From the NCBI GenBank assembly GCA_904419035.1, contig CAJFQL010000026.1, positions 1 through 31,434 on the forward strand: a stretch of 31,434 nucleotides of DNA. Direction: 5' to 3'. The position numbers and the translations under genes were made by a program. How positions within the stretch are numbered: the stretch's first letter is position 1; every line of letters begins with the position of its first letter. Shown piece after piece: positions 1-8,988 of the stretch. The notes below the pieces were generated by a model. The model made no database searches and was not told the origin of the DNA. It saw nothing but the letters and a program-made list of their open reading frames with translations. Source of the stretch: Candidatus Heritagella caecorum. Its GTDB lineage: Bacteria; Bacillota; Clostridia; Oscillospirales; Acutalibacteraceae.

Positions 1-33
1 AGTCCCCTGCTCTACCAACTGAGCTACAGAGGC
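1..33 (-). tRNA. partial tRNA, 5' half only (acceptor stem and D-arm present, anticodon off-window); possibly tRNA-Phe
   Basis: Reverse complement of 1-33 is GCCTCTGTAGCTCAGTTGGTAGAGCAGGGGACT, a canonical tRNA 5' end with D-loop TAGCTCAGTTGGTAGAGC. Phe is only guessed, from the Asp-Phe adjacency common in Firmicutes tRNA clusters. Confidence 0.5.
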
Positions 34-38
34 AAAAG

Positions 39-115
39 TGGCGACCCGGAACGGGCTCGAACCGTCGACCTCTAGCGTGACAGGCTAGCGTTCTAACCAG
101 CTGAACTACCGGGCC
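39..115 (-). tRNA. tRNA-Asp (anticodon GTC)
   Basis: Reverse complement is GGCCCGGTAGTTCAGCTGGTTAGAACGCTAGCCTGTCACGCTAGAGGTCGACGGTTCGAGCCCGTTCCGGGTCGCCA. It has a cloverleaf, anticodon loop CTGTCAC, T-loop GGTTCGAGCC and an encoded CCA. Confidence 0.85.
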
Positions 116-121
116 ACTTTT

Positions 122-198
122 TGGTGGAAACAATAGGACTCGAACCTATGACCCCCTGCTTGTAAGGCAGGTGCTCTAACCAGCTGAGCTATGCTTCC
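122..198 (-). tRNA. tRNA-Val (anticodon TAC)
   Basis: Reverse complement is GGAAGCATAGCTCAGCTGGTTAGAGCACCTGCCTTACAAGCAGGGGGTCATAGGTTCGAGTCCTATTGTTTCCACCA. It has anticodon loop CTTACAA, T-loop GGTTCGAGTCC and a 3' CCA. Confidence 0.8.
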
Positions 199-267
199 GT
201 GTTTGCCGCTGTCTCTCAGCGGCGTTATTAAATATACTACAATTGGAAGGAAAAGTCAACCCTTTTT

Positions 268-1161
268 TCAAATTTTCTTTTTTCTTTTTTCTTCGGCCAG
301 CTTTTCCAGCTCTTCTTTGGGAATCCGATAGGTGCGTCCGCAGTACTGGCACGCCGCTTCCGCAAAACCATCCTCCCCCGCGAGGGAAACAATTTCGTCC
401 GGATGCAGGGTGGAAAACGCGCGCAGCACCCGTTCCCGGCTGCAGTTGCAGGCGTAGGTCAGGGGCGTTTCGTCCAGCTTTTCCCATTCCATCCCGTCAA
501 ACAACTGGCCACAGATGTCTTCCATGTTCATGCCTTTGGCCAGCATGGTGGTCATGGGCGGCATCTTCTTCAGGTTTTCTTCCACTTTCGCGGCCGCCTC
601 GTCCCCGGCGCCGGGCAGTACCTGCAGCAAGAAGCCCCCCGCCAAGGTGGGTTCCCCGGTCTCTTTATCCACCAGCACCCCCAACGCACAAGCCGTGGGA
701 ATCTGCTCACTGGTGGCGTAATAGGACGTGATGTCTTCGGCCACTTCCCCCGATACCAGCCGGGCCTGGCCGATATACGGTTCGCCCTCGCCCCTATCGC
801 GGATCACAGCCAGCAGCCCCGTGTGGCCCACAGCGCCGCCGACATCCAGCTTGCCGTCGCTGCGCAAAGGCAGCGTCACCGACGGGTTCTGTACATAGCC
901 GCGCACATGGCCTTTGCCGTCGCCAATAGCCACCACATTGCCCAGCGGGCCGCCGCCGTTCATTTTCAATGTGACGGAAGCCCCGGGGCTTTTGATCAGG
1001 GCTGCCATCAGTGCCGCGCCGGTCAGCAGCCGCCCCAGCGCTGCCGATGCCACCGGCGACGTGTGGTGTACCTGGTAGGAAATCAGGGCCATATCGCTGC
1101 TTTCCGCCGCAATGGCCATTAAGCTGCCGTCTTTTGTAATCGTACGGATCAATCGATCCAT
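268..1161 (-). CDS. hslO: Hsp33 redox-regulated chaperone (33 kDa chaperonin)
   Basis: 297-aa ORF with an ATG start at 1161. The C-terminus carries the Hsp33 zinc centre, CxC...CxxC (CNCS...CQYCG), followed by a lysine-rich tail. The N-terminal domain is globally similar to the HslO family. Confidence 0.85.
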   Translation of the reverse strand: MDRLIRTITKDGSLMAIAAESSDMALISYQVHHTSPVASAALGRLLTGAALMAALIKSPGASVTLKMNGGGPLGNVVAIGDGKGHVRGYVQNPSVTLPLRSDGKLDVGGAVGHTGLLAVIRDRGEGEPYIGQARLVSGEVAEDITSYYATSEQIPTACALGVLVDKETGEPTLAGGFLLQVLPGAGDEAAAKVEENLKKMPPMTTMLAKGMNMEDICGQLFDGMEWEKLDETPLTYACNCSRERVLRAFSTLHPDEIVSLAGEDGFAEAACQYCGRTYRIPKEELEKLAEEKRKKKI

Positions 1162-1168
1162 GCAGGGA

Positions 1169-1933
1169 TCATTCCTTTCTGTTGATGCATGTTGTCAGCC
1201 GCGCCACAAACAGCGCCCGCTGGGTGGTGTCGCCGGCGGGGTCACTCCCGTTTTCGTCCAGCACTTCCAGCACGGTAAAGCCCGCTTTTTCCAGCATGGC
1301 GGAAATCGTTGCAAGCGGATACGCCCGCTCGGTAAAATGCTCGCTGCTGCGTTGATACATGGCGCCTGTTTTTTCGAAAAAGTCCAAATCAATGTGCACC
1401 CGCCCGGTCGCCGGTTCATACCGGTTTTGCCACGCGCAGAACACGTCCCCGGTATCATAGATAAACACATTGTGGCCCAGTACCGTTTCGTGCTTATAAA
1501 GGGTATTGACGTCAAACAGAAACAGCCCGTCCTGCTCCATAAACAGGGCCACCCGGTTAAACGTGCGCTGTACCGCGTTGGCATCGGGCAGGTGATTGAG
1601 GCTATCCAAGGTACAAAAGCACGTGTTAATCGTGCCGTACAGGTCGATCTGCTGCATTTTCTGGCACAAAAACAGAATTGACAGCCCCTCTTCGGCCGCC
1701 TTTTCCTGGGCTTTTGTCAGCATGTCGGGGGAAGCATCGATGCCGTAAACATCCAGGCCCCGTTTTTTCAGTTCGCACGTCAGGCTGCCGGTCCCACAGG
1801 CCAAATCCAGCGTAATGCCCGCCGGATGGTGCCATTTATCCAACAGCCGGCACAGCAAATCCGCCCGGTCCTTATACCCCACATTCTGGGTCAAAGCATC
1901 GTAGTATTGGGAAAAAGCCGCATAGGCGCTCAT
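1169..1933 (-). CDS. class I SAM-dependent methyltransferase
   Basis: 254-aa ORF with SAM-binding motif I, LDLACGTG, followed by acidic D/E residues. Its ATG start overlaps the stop of the upstream yerC-like gene by 4 bp. Confidence 0.7.
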   Translation of the reverse strand: MSAYAAFSQYYDALTQNVGYKDRADLLCRLLDKWHHPAGITLDLACGTGSLTCELKKRGLDVYGIDASPDMLTKAQEKAAEEGLSILFLCQKMQQIDLYGTINTCFCTLDSLNHLPDANAVQRTFNRVALFMEQDGLFLFDVNTLYKHETVLGHNVFIYDTGDVFCAWQNRYEPATGRVHIDLDFFEKTGAMYQRSSEHFTERAYPLATISAMLEKAGFTVLEVLDENGSDPAGDTTQRALFVARLTTCINRKE

Positions 1934-2226
1934 GACGTCTTTTCCTCCATCCGGGTAAAGACCAGTTCATACCCGTCACTGCCGTAATCCAGTGCCCGTT
2001 TCACCCGGCTGATGGTGGCGGTAGAGGCGCCCGTTTTGGCCACGATGTCATTATAGACCATCTTTTTTCGCAGCATGTCGGCCACCACCAACCGCTGGCT
2101 GATGGCTTTCAGTTCCGGCACCGTGCACAAATCTTCAAAAAAGCGGTAGCATTCTTCCCGGTTTTGCAGTGATAAAACCGCATCAAAGAGGAAATCTGTG
2201 TATTCGTCCTGAATTTTTCTGTTCAT
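1930..2226 (-). CDS. YerC/YecD-family TrpR-like DNA-binding protein
   Basis: About 98 aa from the ATG at 2226, preceded by GGAAAGG. This is the small Trp-repressor-like fold family, with ...ISQRLVVADML...TGASTATISRVKRAL. The track's longer form starts at a TTG without an RBS. Confidence 0.6.
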   Translation of the reverse strand: MNRKIQDEYTDFLFDAVLSLQNREECYRFFEDLCTVPELKAISQRLVVADMLRKKMVYNDIVAKTGASTATISRVKRALDYGSDGYELVFTRMEEKTS

Positions 2227-2258
2227 TCCACGGTTTCCTTTCCACAAATCTTTGCCCT

Positions 2259-2287
2259 ATTGTAGCACAGTAATGCATAAAAGTAAA
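2259..2287 (-). promoter_or_regulatory. sigma-A-type promoter for the yerC-like/methyltransferase/hslO/tRNA transcription unit
   Basis: On the minus strand the sequence reads TTTACT, then a 17-nt spacer, then TACAAT. It lies about 30 nt upstream of the ATG at 2226. Confidence 0.45.
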
Positions 2288-2327
2288 GAAAAAGCCTCCG
2301 TCCCGCCAACGCGGGCCAAAGGCTTTT
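2288..2327. terminator. bidirectional rho-independent terminator (terminates lysA on the minus strand)
   Basis: The sequence is AAAAAGCCTCCGTCCCGCCAACGCGGGCCAAAGGCTTTT. It is a GC-rich hairpin flanked by an A-run and a T-run, and on the minus strand it is followed by TTTTTCTTTACTTTT. Confidence 0.6.
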
Positions 2328-2346
2328 CCCATTTTACCGCTCAGGG

Positions 2347-3642
2347 TTACAGATCGTTGCGCACCAGGTCTTCATAGCTTTCCCGGCGGACTACCACCCG
2401 GGGTGTTCCACCGCGTACCATGATGACCGGCGGCCGGTTGACCCGGTTGTAGTTGCTGGCCATGGAATAGTTATACGCGCCCGTCGCCAACACCGCCACC
2501 AGATCTCCGGCTTTGGGTTTCACCATTTTGACGTTTTCCTGAATCAGGTCGCCGCTTTCGCAGCAGCGGCCCGCAATCGTAGCCGTATAATCGGGTGCTT
2601 TATCCGCATGGTTGGCCAGCAGCACATCATACGAAGACTGATACAGGATGTACCGGGGGTTATCGGTCATGCCGCCGTCCACCGACACATAATTGCGCAC
2701 ACCGGGGATTTCCTTGACGGAGCCCACCGTATACAGCGTAAGCCCGGCTTCGCCCACAACGGAGCGGCCCGGTTCAATGTAGATATACGGTACCGGCAGC
2801 GACAGTTCCCGGCACGTATCGTGAACCACTTTCGACACCTGCTGCATGTAATCCCGGTAGGGAACCGGTTCGTCCGCATCGGTATACCGGATGCCAAAAC
2901 CGCCGCCCAAATCCAGCAGTTCGATGGTGTAGCCGGTTTCTTTGCGCACATCATCCATGAAATGCAGCATCACCCACGCCGCTTCCTCAAACGGTGCAAT
3001 GTCGAAAATCTGGGACCCAATATGGCACTGTACGCCGCGCAGCTGCAAATTCGGCAGCGCCAGCGTCTCTTTGACCGCCTGCATCGCTTCACCGGTTTCC
3101 AGGGCAAACCCGAACTTCGAGTCAATCTGCCCGGTACGGATGAACTGGTGGGTGTGGGCGTCGATGCCGGGTTTAATCCGCAGCGAAACGGGCGTAACAC
3201 GGTCCATCACTTCGCCGTATTTCTGGATCATGTGGAGTTCTTCGATGTTGTCCACCAGAATATGGCCCACATTCTGTTCCAGGGCATACCGGATTTCGTC
3301 GCAGGTTTTGTTGTTGCCGTTAAAATGGATGTGCGCCGGGTCAAAGCCCGCCGCCAGCGCCGTATACAGTTCGCCGCCGGACACGATTTCCAGATCGAGC
3401 CCTTCGCTTTTCACAATGCGGCACATCTCTTTGCAGCAGAACGCTTTGCTGGCATATACCGGCGTCCCTTTCCCCTGGTAGTACATGGCAAAGGAATCTT
3501 TGTAATCCCGGCAGATGCGGCGGATGAGGCTTTCATCCATCACATACAGCGGCGTGCCGAATTGTTCGGCCAAATCCACGGTATCGCACCCGCCGATTTC
3601 CAAGTGGCCTTCTTCGTTCACCTTCAAATGTTCGGGAAGCAT
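2347..3642 (-). CDS. lysA: diaminopimelate decarboxylase (PLP-dependent, fold-type III)
   Basis: 431-aa ORF with an ATG start. It has the Orn/DAP/Arg decarboxylase family architecture, with the PLP-lysine region ...VYASKAFCC... and the C-terminal ...GAYNYSMASNYN... motif. Confidence 0.85.
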   Translation of the reverse strand: MLPEHLKVNEEGHLEIGGCDTVDLAEQFGTPLYVMDESLIRRICRDYKDSFAMYYQGKGTPVYASKAFCCKEMCRIVKSEGLDLEIVSGGELYTALAAGFDPAHIHFNGNNKTCDEIRYALEQNVGHILVDNIEELHMIQKYGEVMDRVTPVSLRIKPGIDAHTHQFIRTGQIDSKFGFALETGEAMQAVKETLALPNLQLRGVQCHIGSQIFDIAPFEEAAWVMLHFMDDVRKETGYTIELLDLGGGFGIRYTDADEPVPYRDYMQQVSKVVHDTCRELSLPVPYIYIEPGRSVVGEAGLTLYTVGSVKEIPGVRNYVSVDGGMTDNPRYILYQSSYDVLLANHADKAPDYTATIAGRCCESGDLIQENVKMVKPKAGDLVAVLATGAYNYSMASNYNRVNRPPVIMVRGGTPRVVVRRESYEDLVRNDL

Positions 3643-3658
3643 GGCAAATTACCCTCTT

Positions 3659-4267
3659 TCATTCAGTCTTTTCTTCTATGGGGGAAACGGCCTCACAGGC
3701 CTGCTCCAGCAGCTGTTTCAGTTCCGGAAGGCCTTCGCCGTTTTGGGCGGAAAAGGGAAGCACCGTCACCGGCACTTCGCTAAAATAGTTTTCAAACCAC
3801 GCCTGTTGTTTCTGGCGCTGGGTTTTGTTGAGCTTGTCCACTTTGGTGCCCACCACCAAAAACGGAATGTCCTGTTCGATCAGGAATTGCAGCATGTTCT
3901 GGTCTTCGGCTGTCGGAGCGTGGCGGTAGTCCAGAATCTGCACCACGGTGGCAATAGGGCGCCCCGCGGCAAAATAGCCTTCCATCAGTTCGCTCCAGCG
4001 CTTTTTTTCCGCCTGGGATACTTTTGCGTACCCATACCCGGGCAAGTCCACCAGCCGTGCCTGGGGCAGACGGAAAAAGTTGATGGTAGTGGTTTTCCCC
4101 GGTGTGGCACTCACCCGCGCCAACGCCTTGCGGTTGACCAGTTTATTGATCAGGGAGCTTTTGCCCACGTTGGATTTTCCGGAAAACACGATCTCCGGCA
4201 CATCGGCCCGGGGCAGCTGGCTGGACACCCCAGCCGACATTTCAAATTCCACTTGCTGAAAATTCAT
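3659..4267 (-). CDS. engB: ribosome biogenesis GTP-binding protein YsxC/EngB
   Basis: 202-aa ORF with Walker A GKSNVGKSS, a DLPGYG switch and TKVDK (G4). It sits in the conserved position immediately downstream of lon. The RBS is AAAGGAG. Confidence 0.85.
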   Translation of the reverse strand: MNFQQVEFEMSAGVSSQLPRADVPEIVFSGKSNVGKSSLINKLVNRKALARVSATPGKTTTINFFRLPQARLVDLPGYGYAKVSQAEKKRWSELMEGYFAAGRPIATVVQILDYRHAPTAEDQNMLQFLIEQDIPFLVVGTKVDKLNKTQRQKQQAWFENYFSEVPVTVLPFSAQNGEGLPELKQLLEQACEAVSPIEEKTE

Positions 4268-4292
4268 GGTGTTCTCCTTTTATACGCCGGGC

Positions 4293-6728
4293 TTACAGCA
4301 CGCTGGCACCCGGGGCCGCCGGACGGTTCCCACCGGCCACCGCCGGAGCGCTGGCCTTCGTATGTACCACGCTGTGCTCCTTTTTCGGGCCCGGCTTTTC
4401 CGTCAAGGCCTTGGGCAGCACCTCATTGACATGAGAAACCGGCACAAACGTCACGGCTTCCCGCACCACCGCATCCACCTCGCTCAGGTCGGGAACATTG
4501 TCGGCGGGGAACAAAACCGTGTGAATCCCCGACCGGTAGGCCGCCATGGATTTTTCCCTTAGGCCGCCAATAGGCAGTACCCGGCCGCGCAGCGTCACTT
4601 CCCCGGTCATGGCCACATCGTGGCGCACCGGAATGCCTGTGAGTGCCGACGTAATCGCCGTCACCATGGCAATCCCGGCCGACGGCCCGTCTTTCGGTAC
4701 GGCGCCTTCAGGGCAGTGTACATGAATATCCTTTTTGGTATAGAAATCGGTGGGCACGCCCCAGTCCTTGGCGTGGGTGCGGATGCAGCTAACCGCCGTG
4801 CGGATGCTCTCTTTCATCACATCGCCCAGGGAGCCTGTCAGTTCCATTTTGCCGGTACCGTCCATGACGGCCACTTCGATGGGCAGCATTTCGCCCCCCA
4901 CCGACGTCCAAGCCAGGCCGTTGACCAGACCGATCTCGTCTTTTTTCGCGTTTTCGTCGCGCTTATACCGGCGCGGCCCCAACAGTTCTTCCATGTTTTT
5001 GGGCGAAACCGTCAGGCACATGTCCTCGCCGGGATTTTCCACCACATTTTTGGCGGCTTTCCGGCACAAATCGGCAATGCGGCGTTCCAGCGTCCGCACA
5101 CCGGCTTCCCGGGTGTAGTTTTCGATCAGATCCCGCACACCGGCCGGGGTAATACGCAGCTGTTTTTTGGTCAGCCCGTTTTTCGCCAGCTGCTTCGGGA
5201 TCAAATGACGTACGGCAATCTGGTACTTTTCTTCCGACGTGTAGCTGGGCAGTTCAATCACGTCCATCCGGTCATACAGCGGGCCGGGGATGGTAGACGC
5301 ATCGTTGGCCGTGGTGAGGAACATCACCTGGCTCAGGTCAAACGGCATATCGATAAAATGATCCTGGAAGGCATTATTCTGTTCGGTATCCAGCACTTCC
5401 AGCAGGGCCGATGCCGGGTCACCGCGGAAATCTTTGCTGAGTTTATCGATTTCGTCCAGCAAAATCAGCGGGTTGCGGGTGCCGGCCTGTTTGACGGCCG
5501 CCATGATGCGCCCGGGCATGGAGCCCACATAGGTGCGCCGGTGGCCCATGATTTCGCTTTCATCGTGGACGCCGCCCAGGGATACCCGCACGTATTTGCG
5601 CCCCAGCGCTTCCGCGATGGAGTGGGCAATCGAGGTTTTGCCCACACCGGGCGGCCCCACCAGGCACAAAATCTGGCCGTTGCTCTGAGGCGCCAGCTTG
5701 TGCACCGCCAGAGCTTCGATAATACGGTCTTTTACTTTCGTCAGGCCGTAGTGGTCCCGGTCCAGAACCCGGCGGGCTTTTTTCAGGTCCACGCTCTCTT
5801 TCGAGAGCGTATTCCACGGCAAATCCAGGCAAGTTTCCAAATACCCGCGGATTACGCTGCCTTCCTGGGAACCAAACGGCATTTTAGCCAGCCGGTCGCA
5901 TTCCCGCAGGAGTTTCTTTTCCTGCAGTTCGGGCAGATGCAGGTCCATGACCTTTTTGCGGAATTCTTCCGATTCCTGCAGCGGGTTATCATCTTCGCCC
6001 AGTTCGTCGGCTATGGTCTTCATCTGTTCCCGCAGGTAATAATCCCGCTGGTTTTCGTCCACGGACTTCTGGGTTTTTTCGTTGATTTCGGCTTCAATCG
6101 CCAGCACTTTCAGCTCTTCATCCAGAATTTCGCTCAGGAGCCGGATACGGGCCAAAGGATCGTGTTCATCCAGAATTTCCTGTTTTACGGCATAATCCAG
6201 CTGGATATTCGCAGCGACAAAATCCGCCAACCGGCCGCAGTCTTTTTCACTGATCACCCGCATGATCACATCGGGGGACATAGGATGATACAGCCGCACG
6301 TACTCTTCAAACTGGTTTTGGATCCGGCGCAGGTAGGCTTCCGCCCGGTAGGACTGGGGGCCTTCCACCTCTTCGTATTCTTCCACCATGGCGCACAGAT
6401 ACGGGTCTTCGGTCTTCATTTTTACAATGGACGCCCGGGCGCCGCCTTCTACATAGACGCGCACCGCTTCGTCCCCGGCTTTGAGCACCTGTTTGATGGA
6501 AGCGACCACCCCTGTTTCATAGAGGTCGTCCACCTTGGGTTCCGCTTCGGTCAAATCCTTCTGCGCCACAAGCAGAATCAGCTGATTTTTTTCCATGGCG
6601 GCGCGCAAAGCCGCAATCGAGCGGCGGCGTCCCACTTCAAACTGGAGCGACATGCCCGGGAATACAACCAACCCCCGCAGGGCCAGTACCGGCATATCGT
6701 TATGTACCACATGAATGTCTCGGGCCAT
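4293..6728 (-). CDS. lon: ATP-dependent Lon protease (LonA)
   Basis: The Lon N-domain begins [25 protein letters not shown]. The AAA+ Walker A is GPPGVGKTS and the S16 protease catalytic motif is PKDGPSAG. The ATG at 6728 is preceded by GGAGGG, and the track's 29-aa 5' extension has no RBS. The protein carries a Pro/Ala-rich C-terminal tail of about 35 aa. Confidence 0.9.
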   Translation of the reverse strand: MARDIHVVHNDMPVLALRGLVVFPGMSLQFEVGRRRSIAALRAAMEKNQLILLVAQKDLTEAEPKVDDLYETGVVASIKQVLKAGDEAVRVYVEGGARASIVKMKTEDPYLCAMVEEYEEVEGPQSYRAEAYLRRIQNQFEEYVRLYHPMSPDVIMRVISEKDCGRLADFVAANIQLDYAVKQEILDEHDPLARIRLLSEILDEELKVLAIEAEINEKTQKSVDENQRDYYLREQMKTIADELGEDDNPLQESEEFRKKVMDLHLPELQEKKLLRECDRLAKMPFGSQEGSVIRGYLETCLDLPWNTLSKESVDLKKARRVLDRDHYGLTKVKDRIIEALAVHKLAPQSNGQILCLVGPPGVGKTSIAHSIAEALGRKYVRVSLGGVHDESEIMGHRRTYVGSMPGRIMAAVKQAGTRNPLILLDEIDKLSKDFRGDPASALLEVLDTEQNNAFQDHFIDMPFDLSQVMFLTTANDASTIPGPLYDRMDVIELPSYTSEEKYQIAVRHLIPKQLAKNGLTKKQLRITPAGVRDLIENYTREAGVRTLERRIADLCRKAAKNVVENPGEDMCLTVSPKNMEELLGPRRYKRDENAKKDEIGLVNGLAWTSVGGEMLPIEVAVMDGTGKMELTGSLGDVMKESIRTAVSCIRTHAKDWGVPTDFYTKKDIHVHCPEGAVPKDGPSAGIAMVTAITSALTGIPVRHDVAMTGEVTLRGRVLPIGGLREKSMAAYRSGIHTVLFPADNVPDLSEVDAVVREAVTFVPVSHVNEVLPKALTEKPGPKKEHSVVHTKASAPAVAGGNRPAAPGASVL

Positions 6729-6801
6729 ATTTGAACCCTCCTTTTCTTTTCTATACAAAAATATTTTGAAAATTCGACAAAAAACAGAAAAATAACCAAA
6801 A

Positions 6802-6860
6802 CAAGGCCGCTGCACAGCCGAGGAACTTTTCCTCTTTTGCCGCAGCGGCCTTGTTTTTTA
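6802..6860. terminator. hairpin terminator between clpX and lon
   Basis: CAAGGCCGCTGC (6802-6813) pairs with GCAGCGGCCTTG (6843-6854). The stem is followed by GTTTTTT on the plus strand and by GTTTTGGTT on the minus strand. Confidence 0.5.
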
Positions 6861-6908
6861 AAAAACAGATTTTTACCCCTACGGGCAAAGAGGTTTAAAA
6901 GTACCGAA

Positions 6909-8198
6909 TCAGGCCCCGCGCTTACTCTGGACCCCTACCCGGATTTTCACCGGTTTGCGGTCCGCATTGCGCTCTAAGAGGGGCGGCTCGCCCTTTTCCA
7001 CCGTGTCGCCGGTGATCGTGATCTTTTCGATCTCGTATTCACTGGGCACGTTGAACATCAAATCCTGCAGCAGCCCTTCCATAATGGACCGCAGCCCACG
7101 GGCGCCGGTATGGCGCTCCAGGGTTTTGCGAGCAATGGCATGCAGTGCGTCATCGGTAAAGCACAGTTCCACCTGGTCCAGCTGGAATAGCTTGCGGTAC
7201 TGCTGCACCAAACTATTCTTCGGTTCCGTCAGAATGCTGACCAGTGCGTTTTCATCCAGCCCATCCAAAGCGGTGATCACCGGCAGACGGCCTACCAGTT
7301 CGGGGATCAGCCCGTACCGGACCAGGTCCTGGGAAATGACCTCTTTGGCCCACGCCGTGGTGGCCAGTTCTTTTTTGCTCTTCACATCGGCGCCAAAACC
7401 CAGGGCCGACGAATCTTCCCGGCGGCTGATGACCTTTTCCAGTCCGTCAAAGGCACCTCCGCAGATAAAGAGGATGTTTTTCGTATTGATTTGAATAAAT
7501 TCCTGCTGGGGATGTTTGCGTCCACCCTGGGGCGGCACATTGGCTACGGTCCCTTCCAGGATTTTTAAGAGCGCCTGCTGCACGCCTTCGCCGCTGACAT
7601 CCCGCGTAATGGACGGGTTTTCGCTCTTGCGGGCAATCTTGTCGATCTCATCCACATAGATAATGCCCCGTTCGGCGCTTTCCACATCGAAATCGGCCGC
7701 CTGGATCAGACGCAGCAGAATATTTTCCACATCTTCGCCCACGTACCCGGCTTCCGTCAAGGTCGTGGCGTCGGCAATGGCAAACGGCACATCCAAAATA
7801 CGGGCCAGGGTCTGGGCCAGCAGGGTTTTCCCTACGCCGGTGGGCCCCAGCATCAGAATGTTGCTCTTGCCGATTTCCACCCCTTCGTCGCCGTAATACA
7901 GGCGTTTGTAGTGGTTGTACACCGCCACCGAAAGGGCTACTTTGGCCTGATCCTGCCCGATGACATATTCATCCAGCATGGCTTTGATCTCCCGCGGTTT
8001 GGGAAGGACCATCGAGCTCTCCTTCTTCCCGGAAGAGCGGTTGGCCGAAGGATTTTCATCGGCCAGAATGGAGCTGCACAGTTCAATGCAGCTGTCGCAA
8101 ATGAATACGCCCGGGCCTGCGATCAGGCGGCGGACCTGGCTCTGCGGTTTCCCGCAAAAGGAACAGCAAAGCTCTTTTTCGTCATTGGTATTGGCCAC
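6909..8198 (-). CDS. clpX: ATP-dependent Clp protease ATP-binding subunit ClpX
   Basis: The N-terminal zinc-binding domain is CSFCGK...CDSCIELC. The Walker A is GPTGVGKT and the protein contains an IGF-like loop. GTG at 8198 has AGGTGA 5 nt upstream and leaves 12 aa before CSFCGK, as in B. subtilis. The track's start at 8207 is also GTG but lacks an RBS. Confidence 0.85.
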   Translation of the reverse strand: MANTNDEKELCCSFCGKPQSQVRRLIAGPGVFICDSCIELCSSILADENPSANRSSGKKESSMVLPKPREIKAMLDEYVIGQDQAKVALSVAVYNHYKRLYYGDEGVEIGKSNILMLGPTGVGKTLLAQTLARILDVPFAIADATTLTEAGYVGEDVENILLRLIQAADFDVESAERGIIYVDEIDKIARKSENPSITRDVSGEGVQQALLKILEGTVANVPPQGGRKHPQQEFIQINTKNILFICGGAFDGLEKVISRREDSSALGFGADVKSKKELATTAWAKEVISQDLVRYGLIPELVGRLPVITALDGLDENALVSILTEPKNSLVQQYRKLFQLDQVELCFTDDALHAIARKTLERHTGARGLRSIMEGLLQDLMFNVPSEYEIEKITITGDTVEKGEPPLLERNADRKPVKIRVGVQSKRGA

Positions 8199-8214
8199 AA
8201 CTATCACCTACCGG

Positions 8215-8799
8215 TTATCTTTTTTCAATCACCTTGTCGATCAGCCCGTATTCCATGGCCTGCTGCGCGCTCATAAAGTTGTCGCGCTCCGTGTCGCGCT
8301 GGATGACTTCCAGCGGCTGCCCGGTGTTTTTGGCCAGGATCTCATTCAGGCGCTGTTTGATGTCCAGGATATGCTGGGCGTGGATGTTGATATCCGTCGC
8401 CTGGCCCTGGGCGCCGCCGCTGGGCTGATGGATCATGATGTCGCTGTTGGGCAGTGCAAAGCGCTTGCCCTTGGTGCCCGCCGCCAGCAGGAAGGCGCCC
8501 ATGCTGGCCGCCATCCCCATGCAAATGGTGGAGACATCGCAGCGAATGTACTGCATCGTATCGTAAATCGCCAAACCGGAGGTCACCGAACCGCCGGGGC
8601 TGTTAATATACACGCTGATATCTTTTTCCGGATCCTGCCCTTCCAAATACAACAGCTGGGCCACCACCACGCTGGCCATGGCGTCGTTCACTTCGCCCGT
8701 CAGCATAATGATCCGGTCATTGAGCAGACGGGAAAAAATATCATAAGACCGTTCGCCGTGTCCCGTCTGTTCGATTACATAAGGTACCAAACTGCTCAT
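8215..8799 (-). CDS. clpP: ATP-dependent Clp protease proteolytic subunit ClpP
   Basis: The ATG at 8799 is preceded by GGAAGGAAA, giving 194 aa. The catalytic region [14 protein letters not shown] contains the active-site Ser, and the His and Asp are also present. The track's 13-aa upstream extension is unlikely. Confidence 0.85.
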   Translation of the reverse strand: MSSLVPYVIEQTGHGERSYDIFSRLLNDRIIMLTGEVNDAMASVVVAQLLYLEGQDPEKDISVYINSPGGSVTSGLAIYDTMQYIRCDVSTICMGMAASMGAFLLAAGTKGKRFALPNSDIMIHQPSGGAQGQATDINIHAQHILDIKQRLNEILAKNTGQPLEVIQRDTERDNFMSAQQAMEYGLIDKVIEKR

Positions 8800-8949
8800 T
8801 GTACATTTCCTTCCTTTCATGCACGCATACACAATCAAAAAATCACGAACCGATCCTCTGCTCCTGCCCCTCCTCCGCTAAAAGAGGAAAAAGGAAGATT
8901 TGCCCGCCGCAGACAAACCGTTCACGGCGGGCAAACACAAAACAAAGTC

Positions 8950-8985
8950 TATGCCAAAACCCCTGCTTTTATGCAGGCTGTTTTT
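8950..8985 (-). terminator. candidate rho-independent terminator of tig
   Basis: The hairpin CCTGC-ATAAAA-GCAGG is followed on the minus strand by GGTTTTGG, immediately after the tig stop codon (TAA at 8989-8991). Confidence 0.35.
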
Positions 8986-8988
8986 GGT

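Noticed and set aside
403-1122. 239-aa plus-strand ORF, together with the other long plus-strand ORFs (243-731, 1112-1681, 2608-3783, 4620-6734, 7960-10398, 11532-12674, 13066-13764, 17734-19377, 20131-20877, 25779-26354, 26859-27683, 28532-29137, 29359-29841 and 30700-31335)
   Set aside because: All lie antisense to well-supported minus-strand genes with recognisable families. Their products are low-complexity and Arg/Pro/Gly/His-rich, as is typical of shadow frames in high-GC DNA, and they lack an RBS.
4293-6815. N-terminal extensions in the track ORFs: Lon (+29 aa), ClpP (+13 aa), ThrC (GTG, +5 aa), the radical SAM gene (+58 aa), the M50 protease (+56 aa), LDH (+37 aa), Lgt (+27 aa), the SPFH gene (+41 aa), DUF3794-LysM (+28 aa, TTG), and rnhB and yraN
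   Set aside because: In each case the extended start lacks a Shine-Dalgarno, or is a TTG or GTG inside the neighbouring gene or a terminator. An internal ATG with a good RBS matches the family's expected N-terminus.
8800-8988. CtsR box or CIRCE heat-shock operator upstream of clpP, and likewise upstream of lon at 6729-6801
   Set aside because: I searched both strands for tandem GGTCAAA heptads and for TTAGCACTC-N9-GAGTGCTAA and found neither. Only generic AT-rich promoter-like sequence is present.
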